Origin: an uncultured Clostridiaceae bacterium
GTDB lineage: Bacteria; Bacillota; Clostridia; JAAYHZ01
NCBI GenBank assembly: GCA_964547525.1
Contig: CAZJOD010000003.1
Span: forward strand, 1 to 63,176
Direction: 5' to 3'
Length of the DNA stretch: 63,176 bases
Below are positions 57,287-63,176 of the stretch, piece by piece. Each line of letters starts with the position of its first letter. The first letter of the stretch is position 1. The translations under genes and the position numbers were made by a program. Below the pieces are notes generated by a model. It saw nothing but the letters and a program-made list of their open reading frames with translations. It ran no database searches and was not told the DNA's origin.

Positions 57287-59107
57287 TTACAAATATTTAC
57301 CTGCTTGCAAATTGAACAAGTGGGCATATTTACCGTTTTGCCTCAACAATTCTTCATGTGACCCCTGCTCGGTAACTTTACAACCTCCATCTAAATCTGT
57401 GCTGTCAATGACAAAAATCTTGTCACATAATGTGACATTAGCAAGTCGATGAGAAATCAATATGGCTCCATGATTTTTCCATAACTCAATAAATTTTTTA
57501 AAAATTTCATGCTCTGCTTCCGGATCAAGCGATGCAGACGGTTCATCGAGTATAATGATATCTGCATTGCGGTAGAAAGCACGAGATAAGGCTAGTTTTT
57601 GCTTTTGTCCTCCTGAAAGCTCGATACCTTTTTCATCAAACAAACGTGATATTTGAGTTTCCATACCATTTTCATAATGTAAAACGAATTTATCCGCGTG
57701 TGAAAATTCCAATGCTTTATAAACCCTTGTTTCATCCTGATTTCGTATGTCTCCAAGCATAATATTCATCTTGATACTCATCGAATATGTGGCGAAGTCT
57801 TGAAATTGAGCTCCGAAAATTCTACGTAAAGCGTTGATATCATATTCTTTTACGGAAATACCGTCAAAAAGTATATCGCCTTCATCAGGGTCGTAAAAAC
57901 GAAGCAACAACTTGACAATCGTTGATTTGCCTGCACCATTTAGACCTACAAATGCAACCTTTTCACAATTTGCTATCTTAAATGAACAATCTTTGAGCAC
58001 CCATTTATCTGTATTCGGGTATTTAAAACTCACATTACAAAATTCAATTTTTGGTTTGGATTTTGGAATCAGTAAACCATTACTCTTTATTTCAGGCTGC
58101 CACTTTAAAAAGTCACGAATAACTGCTATTTTTTCACTGTCAACCTGCATTTTTGCAGTGGTATCAAATATTTCTGTCAAGCTTTTTTTTACCTGTTCTG
58201 TGATGTTTACATAATATTGTATGTCACCAACACCGATTTTGTTGGCAGCAAACTTATATACGGCATAGATAAAGGTTACAGCAATACCTGCAGTCTGTAT
58301 CAAATATGTCCCGAGAAGTGTGAAGTTATGTCTAATACCGTGTATGTTTTTATCTGTATACCAACTTCGCCACATATCGAAATATAGATTTGTAAAATAT
58401 TTCGTATTATTATATAACCTTAATTCCTCGGCACAGTCCCTGTTACACAAGACATTATAATAATAATACATTTTTCTATATTCATTGGATTTTTCCCAAT
58501 CATATCGCCAAATGAAATCATAAAACCGTTTATTCACTATAATTGTGGGTATAACGGAAAAAGCTATGAGTATAGCAATAAAGGGCGATAAGGAAATCAA
58601 TATAGCAATGATGGAAACAAGCGAAATAATGTTAGCAATAATCCACAAACTATTCCATGTTATATTGCTGATAATGTATTGATTATCCTGCACTACCTTT
58701 AATATGTCATGATCTTTTGAGTTGTCAAAAAATGAAAGATCGCAACTAATAATCTTGTCTATAAGCATATTATCAATATTGTGTCTCGTTTTCTTTTCAA
58801 GTGCCGTATATATGAGATGACCTAAATGAACAGAAAATTTTGAAAATATCAAACACAAAATAAATGCTATTGTCCATAATACAAGCTTATGGAATGATCT
58901 GTATTTATCAATAAAAACCATTAAATTTATAATTTCTTTAAGTGCATAAGCATAGAGCAATGGAAAAAGCCTTTGAAGAACATAATCAACAGTCAATATG
59001 AAAGTCAAGACCGGTGAACTACTAAAGGTGAGCTTTACCCCGAAGCATGTATTCTCAAAGCCGGACTTAATTATTTTTACAAACTTTTTTATTTTATTCA
59101 TTCTCAA
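57287..59107 (-). CDS. ABC exporter half-transporter (TMD-NBD fusion)
   Basis: Six N-terminal TM segments. Walker A GLNGAGKST, signature LSGGQKQK, Walker B IIILDEPSA. Confidence 0.85.
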   Translation of the reverse strand: MRMNKIKKFVKIIKSGFENTCFGVKLTFSSSPVLTFILTVDYVLQRLFPLLYAYALKEIINLMVFIDKYRSFHKLVLWTIAFILCLIFSKFSVHLGHLIYTALEKKTRHNIDNMLIDKIISCDLSFFDNSKDHDILKVVQDNQYIISNITWNSLWIIANIISLVSIIAILISLSPFIAILIAFSVIPTIIVNKRFYDFIWRYDWEKSNEYRKMYYYYNVLCNRDCAEELRLYNNTKYFTNLYFDMWRSWYTDKNIHGIRHNFTLLGTYLIQTAGIAVTFIYAVYKFAANKIGVGDIQYYVNITEQVKKSLTEIFDTTAKMQVDSEKIAVIRDFLKWQPEIKSNGLLIPKSKPKIEFCNVSFKYPNTDKWVLKDCSFKIANCEKVAFVGLNGAGKSTIVKLLLRFYDPDEGDILFDGISVKEYDINALRRIFGAQFQDFATYSMSIKMNIMLGDIRNQDETRVYKALEFSHADKFVLHYENGMETQISRLFDEKGIELSGGQKQKLALSRAFYRNADIIILDEPSASLDPEAEHEIFKKFIELWKNHGAILISHRLANVTLCDKIFVIDSTDLDGGCKVTEQGSHEELLRQNGKYAHLFNLQAGKYL

Positions 59108-60890
59108 TCACCTCCCGATAAGCATTAGCCTGCATATTGAAAAGCTCAGCATATCTCTTGTTTTTGTTCATCAAATGATTATGGGAACCGTATTCAATAA
59201 GCCGGCCGTCTTCAATCAATACAATCATGTCCGCCATAACTACCGCAGAAAGGCGATGTGAAATTAAAACCGCTGATCTATTTGTGCATAATTGTGTGAA
59301 TTTCCTAAATACATGATCTTCAGCTTCAGCGTCAAGTGCTGATGTAGGCTCATCTAAAATAACTATGGCAGCGTCTTTATAAAAAGCTCTTGCGAGTGAT
59401 ATTTTCTGACGCTCTCCACCTGATGGCTCATAATTATCATCACCGTAAAGCCGCAATAATAAAGTGTCGTATCCTCTAGGTAGCTTTTCCGCTATTTTTT
59501 CGACTCCGCTTATATCACAAGCTCTTTTAAAACGCTCCTCATCAAAATTTTCAATATCCGACATCATTATGTTATCACGTAATGATGTTTTATACATTTG
59601 ATTATTTTGAAATAACACACCATACAGACCCCGCAAGGCATTAATATCATATTCTTTTCCAGGTATACCGTCATACAGGATTACACCTTCAGTGGGGTCA
59701 TAAAAGCGACATAATAATTTTGTAAGTGTAGTTTTTCCTGCTCCATTGATTCCTACAACCGCAAGCTTTTCACCTTTTTTCAGTTTAAAACTGATATTTG
59801 TTAGCACATTGTCATTGCTACCGGGATATTTGAAACTTACATTACGAAATTCTATATCAGGTATGCCATTAAAAGTTTTTGTACCCTTTTCCTCAATGGA
59901 TGATTCAAGCTTCATAAAGCTTTCAAATTTTCCTGCACATTGTACATAATCACGGTAAAAGCAAGAAAACGCAAAACAGGTGTCTTCCACCGAAGCCATA
60001 AGTGTCATCATAAGTCCTATGTATAACGCTACATCACCTGTGCTTATGCTACCTGTTTTTATATCAAAAATTATATAACAAAGCAAAGTGACAAGTCCGA
60101 GGGAATTGATTAACTGACCGATTATTTCCTTGCCGGTTTGCTTTTCCTTTAGTTTCACATGTGAGCTATACAGTTGTTTCCAAATATTTTTATACCTGCC
60201 TAAAAATAAATCTTCGAACCCGTAAAGTCTCAGCTCTGCTGCCGTTGTACGTCCGGTCAATATATCCCGATAGTAATTTGACCTGCGTTGTTTTGTTTCT
60301 TCGCTTCGGTATAGTTTGTATTCGGTAATTGCATTCCTGCAATTAATAATTAATGTCGGTATGTAAAATAGCACAATAGCTATGGCAGGAATCGGATATC
60401 TGCCCCAAACTCCCCCAATTGCCAAAGAAGCTATCACAAGACTTTTTATAAATGTAAGGATATCATTAAACACATACGGATAACCGGGAGAGTTGTCTAC
60501 AACACTCATGGCATTTTGGAATTTGGGGTCGTAAAATTTCCCAACATCAAGTGATGAAAGCTTTTCTATAATCATGCTCTGACGTTTATTATCTATAGTT
60601 TCGTAAGACATTTTATCAATAAAGCCATTGAAAGTATTTACGAATAACAAAAGTATTTTTATCATAATATAAAATCCAACCATTAACCAAACCCGTCGGT
60701 TTACGCCGGATACTGACAAAGTGTTTATAATATTTTGCCAGTTGTACAAGACAACAAAAGGCAAAATTGAAAAAAGAATCTCGCATAAAACCAATGTAAT
60801 ATATCGAAGCGGAGCATATCGAAAGCAAAACTTTGTTGATTCCACCGATGCTAAAAACATGTCTTTTACTGTATTTACAAGTTTCTTCAT
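59094..60890 (-). CDS. ABC exporter half-transporter (TMD-NBD fusion), partner of 57287..59107
   Basis: Walker A GINGAGKTT, degenerate signature PSGGERQK, Walker B IVILDEPTS. 14-nt overlap with the downstream partner. Confidence 0.85.
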   Translation of the reverse strand: MKKLVNTVKDMFLASVESTKFCFRYAPLRYITLVLCEILFSILPFVVLYNWQNIINTLSVSGVNRRVWLMVGFYIMIKILLLFVNTFNGFIDKMSYETIDNKRQSMIIEKLSSLDVGKFYDPKFQNAMSVVDNSPGYPYVFNDILTFIKSLVIASLAIGGVWGRYPIPAIAIVLFYIPTLIINCRNAITEYKLYRSEETKQRRSNYYRDILTGRTTAAELRLYGFEDLFLGRYKNIWKQLYSSHVKLKEKQTGKEIIGQLINSLGLVTLLCYIIFDIKTGSISTGDVALYIGLMMTLMASVEDTCFAFSCFYRDYVQCAGKFESFMKLESSIEEKGTKTFNGIPDIEFRNVSFKYPGSNDNVLTNISFKLKKGEKLAVVGINGAGKTTLTKLLCRFYDPTEGVILYDGIPGKEYDINALRGLYGVLFQNNQMYKTSLRDNIMMSDIENFDEERFKRACDISGVEKIAEKLPRGYDTLLLRLYGDDNYEPSGGERQKISLARAFYKDAAIVILDEPTSALDAEAEDHVFRKFTQLCTNRSAVLISHRLSAVVMADMIVLIEDGRLIEYGSHNHLMNKNKRYAELFNMQANAYREVIENE

Positions 60891-62500
60891 TCAAACAAGT
60901 CCTCCATATTGATAATTTTGGTTGCCCACGATATGTCAGCATTGGTATCATGTGTCGTCATCAACAACGTACCTTCGAACTCCTCTAATGCATGCATCAA
61001 TACTTCTTTTGAATAAACATCAAGGTGATTTGTGGGTTCATCGAGGATTATAAGATTGACAGGTTTCATCATAGCAATGCAAAGACGCAGTCTTGTCATT
61101 TCACCACCTGAAAGTGTCCGCACTTCATTGAAAAAATGTATAGCGTTGAGTCCGCATGAGAACATAACCGCCTGTAATTCCTTTTGTGGGATTTCGGGAT
61201 AATATTCCTTTACAAACTCTATTGTTTTAATTGCACCGTGCTTGCTTTTTTTGCTCCCGTATCGTTTACATACATATTTGCCTAAGCGCGAAAAATTATT
61301 TTCATAATCTTCCTCTTGGCGTAGAAATACGGATTCAATACCTTCTCCATATTCAATCATCCCCGAAACAAGTGATATGTCTCCATATATACTTTTTAAC
61401 AATGTCGTTTTACCGATACCATTAAACCCTTTGAACACGATTTTCTCTCCACGTGTTACAGATAATGATATTGGCGGCAATATCGGCGAACAATCGTATC
61501 CAACCTCGACTGAATCAAGAATCATAATATGCTTTGCCGCACCGCGTTGATATTTAAATTTAAACTGCGGTTTTACTATTTCATCCGGTTTTTCAATACG
61601 CTCAAGGGTTATGAGCATCTTTTTAAGCCATGTTGATTTTGATGAAACTATTCCCGAACCTTTGTCCTTTGCAATTCTTTCTTCTGCACGGATAATATAT
61701 TTCTGTTGTGCTATTTGTTGTTGTAGTTGAACTTCCTCACGTTTTTGCTTTTCTTGTACATAGTAATCATAATTTCCTTCATACACTTTGAATTTACGAT
61801 TGGCAATCTCCACTATTTTATTAGAAATTTTATTCAAGAAAGCCCTGTCATGAGAAATGACTATATACGGATACTTTAATCGGCACAGATAATCTCCCAG
61901 CCATCCGATGTAGTTAATATCAAGAAAATTAGTCGGTTCATCCAGTATTAGAATATCGTTTTCAGTCAATAGCAGTTTTGCAAGTATAAGCTTTGTTTTC
62001 ATGCCCCCTGAAAGCATATTAACTGTTTTAATACGGTCATCATCTGTAAAACCGAGACCAAGCAGCACATTTGTGATTTTTTTCTCTATCTGGTCGAATT
62101 CCTGCTTTTCAAGATAGTCAAAAATTCTCTGTGCTCGAGAAACCGCTTTCATCTGATCGTCATCAGACATTATCGAAATATTATCGTATATCTCCGATAT
62201 TTGTCGGTCCAGTTCATATAAAGGGTCGAAAACAGAATTTAAGTAATCATAGACAGAACAAGTTTTATCTGTATCGGCAAATTGGTCAAGATGTCCAATT
62301 TTAAGTTTGCCATTCGTTTCTATTGACCACTGTTCAGGCACAATCTCACCAAGTAACATTTTTAAAAAAGTCGATTTACCGCAGCCATTCGGTCCGACAA
62401 GGCCAATATGGTCGTTGTCACAAACCATAAGCTGTGCACTATTGAATATATTTTTACCAAAAAAACCATGTGATAGATTGCTAACTTTAAATAACCTCAT
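60887..62500 (-). CDS. ABC-F family ATPase (two NBDs, no TMD). A translation factor or ribosome-protection type protein.
   Basis: NBD1: GPNGCGKST / LSGGMKTK / ILILDEPTN. A charged helical linker follows (EKQKREEVQLQQQIAQQKYIIRAEERIAKDK). NBD2: GFNGIGKTT / LSGGEMTR / LIILDEPTN. Its stop overlaps the next gene's start (ATGA). Confidence 0.85.
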   Translation of the reverse strand: MRLFKVSNLSHGFFGKNIFNSAQLMVCDNDHIGLVGPNGCGKSTFLKMLLGEIVPEQWSIETNGKLKIGHLDQFADTDKTCSVYDYLNSVFDPLYELDRQISEIYDNISIMSDDDQMKAVSRAQRIFDYLEKQEFDQIEKKITNVLLGLGFTDDDRIKTVNMLSGGMKTKLILAKLLLTENDILILDEPTNFLDINYIGWLGDYLCRLKYPYIVISHDRAFLNKISNKIVEIANRKFKVYEGNYDYYVQEKQKREEVQLQQQIAQQKYIIRAEERIAKDKGSGIVSSKSTWLKKMLITLERIEKPDEIVKPQFKFKYQRGAAKHIMILDSVEVGYDCSPILPPISLSVTRGEKIVFKGFNGIGKTTLLKSIYGDISLVSGMIEYGEGIESVFLRQEEDYENNFSRLGKYVCKRYGSKKSKHGAIKTIEFVKEYYPEIPQKELQAVMFSCGLNAIHFFNEVRTLSGGEMTRLRLCIAMMKPVNLIILDEPTNHLDVYSKEVLMHALEEFEGTLLMTTHDTNADISWATKIINMEDLFE

Positions 62501-62597
62501 AATAAAAAACCTCCAATTCGAAATAAATATTTATAAAGGCATCAAGCCTTTGGGTTTTGATCTACCGATTAATGTAGGAATTCCGGTGAAATACGAT

Positions 62598-62677
62598 TAA
62601 AAAAAGCAGGCAAAGCAAAAACAACACTAATACCAAATAGTATAAGGTGATAAGTGCCGCAGTCCGCTCCTTGCCTA
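62598..62677 (-). terminator. Terminator-like long stem-loop plus T7 run in the ABC-F leader (candidate attenuator)
   Basis: Minus-strand GTAGGCAAG (62677-62669) pairs with the 3' nine nt (TTTGCCTGC) of the GCTTTGCCTGC arm (62615-62605), with 2 G-U pairs and ~53 nt between them. TTTTTTT follows immediately (62604-62598). It lies ~97 nt upstream of the ABC-F start. Confidence 0.35.
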
Positions 62678-62689
62678 CTTTATTTAAAC

Positions 62690-62723
62690 ATAAAAATAGC
62701 GAACAACCGAATCAGCTGTTCGC
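62690..62723 (-). terminator. Hairpin plus T-rich tail after the leader ORF
   Basis: GCGAACA - 12-nt loop - TGTTCGC (perfect 7 bp) followed by TATTTTTA. It lies 20 nt downstream of the 46-codon ORF stop. Confidence 0.4.
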
Positions 62724-62742
62724 GTTTATTCAAGATATTACT

Positions 62743-62883
62743 TTACTTGATATTAAAAAAGGCGCAGCTATAACGGTAAAAATGGGCAGTCTTTCCCCTT
62801 ATGGTTGCATCTTTAAATATATGAGTCAATGTAATAATATATAGAACACTGACCGATATGAAATCCAGTTTAATTTTTTCCAT
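62743..62883 (-). CDS. 46-codon leader/small ORF (MEKIKLDFISVSVLYIITLTHIFKDATIRGKTAHFYRYSCAFFNIK), absent from the ORF track
   Basis: My own translation. GAGGTGA RBS 7 nt upstream of the ATG. It is the first ORF after the consensus promoter at 62916-62944. Confidence 0.35.
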   Translation of the reverse strand: MEKIKLDFISVSVLYIITLTHIFKDATIRGKTAHFYRYSCAFFNIK

Positions 62884-62915
62884 TTTAGCTCACCTCACTT
62901 TCGTTATTTTCCTAT

Positions 62916-62944
62916 ATTATACAATTTAATATATCGGTAGTCAA
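62916..62944 (-). promoter_or_regulatory. Near-consensus sigma-A promoter driving the leader ORF / ABC-F operon
   Basis: Minus strand reads TTGACT (62944-62939), a 17-nt spacer, then TATAAT (62921-62916). Confidence 0.6.
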
Positions 62945-62996
62945 TATATTTCAGATGATTTTAAATTATTTATTCTTTATTTAAAAAAATTTCTCG

Positions 62997-63041
62997 GGGA
63001 CAAATCTCAACTAACCCCACTTTTTTATGAATGTAACCATA
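62997..63041. repeat. Right copy of the 45-bp direct repeat
   Basis: gggacaaatctcaactaaccccacttttttatgaatgtaaccata. It matches 54439-54483 at 42/45 positions. Confidence 0.85.
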
Positions 63042-63176
63042 TGTAAACCATGCATATTTCTTATCCATTTTTTTCTATACATAAAAAAATGAAAAAAGAC
63101 AATTAACTACAATTTACCTTGTTTCTATTGCAGAATCATTTGATTTATATAATAATTGTTAAATATAAGACTTATT

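Noticed and set aside
62679-62690. Three-codon mini-ORF ATG-TTT-AAA-TAA between the two leader hairpins
   Set aside because: No SD sequence upstream. It is mentioned only as context in the leader finding.
1-63176. Scan for rRNA, tRNA, CRISPR arrays, integrases/transposases, reverse transcriptases and phage structural genes
   Set aside because: None was found by eye. There are no T-loop/acceptor-stem candidates outside CDSs, no regularly spaced repeats, and no recombinase-like translations in the ORF track.

Overview
This is a 63-kb AT-rich window that looks like a low-GC Gram-positive (Clostridia-like) chromosome. Supporting signs are AGGAGG-type ribosome-binding sites, many lipoprotein signal peptides and a GerMN lipoprotein. 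All calls come from reading the supplied translations and the DNA by eye. No homology search, HMM, RNA folding or GC calculation was run. About 50 genes are present, nearly all on the minus strand. The exceptions are a plus-strand block at 14.4-19.3 kb (permease, amidohydrolase, DUF6485-like protein, lipB, lipA) and yaiI.

Recognisable modules:
- A secreted beta-helix / MORN-BNR / SGNH cluster.
- A tyrosine-phenol-lyase/tryptophanase-family gene.
- A SulP permease.
- A B12-riboswitch-controlled cobalamin uptake/salvage operon (btuFCD-like, cobU, cobS, cobO plus extra genes).
- A decayed ars operon (arsR-acr3-truncated arsD).
- A HepT/MntA toxin-antitoxin pair.
- A two-component system with a membrane-anchored serine hydrolase.
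- An AT-rich 8.6-kb module flanked by 45-bp direct repeats: leader ORF, ABC-F, two ABC exporter genes and lipoproteins.

Best candidates for an undescribed system:
1. An orphan 992-aa protein with an N-terminal TIR domain, one transmembrane helix and a large WD40-like beta-propeller (11195-14173).
2. A co-oriented trio of a beta-CASP metallo-beta-lactamase nuclease with an uncharacterised repeated C-terminal extension, an SNF2 helicase and a SWIM zinc-finger protein (38623-44701), directly downstream of HepT/MntA.
3. An ABC-F ATPase whose stop overlaps the start of a heterodimeric ABC exporter (shared ATGA), behind a consensus promoter, a 46-codon leader ORF and two terminator-like hairpins (57287-62944).

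Several gene remnants are present: arsD, an AraC regulator with an in-frame TAA, a serine-hydrolase 3' fragment, a lipoprotein 3' fragment and an aldo/keto-reductase 5' fragment. I saw no rRNA, tRNA, CRISPR array, integrase or transposase.
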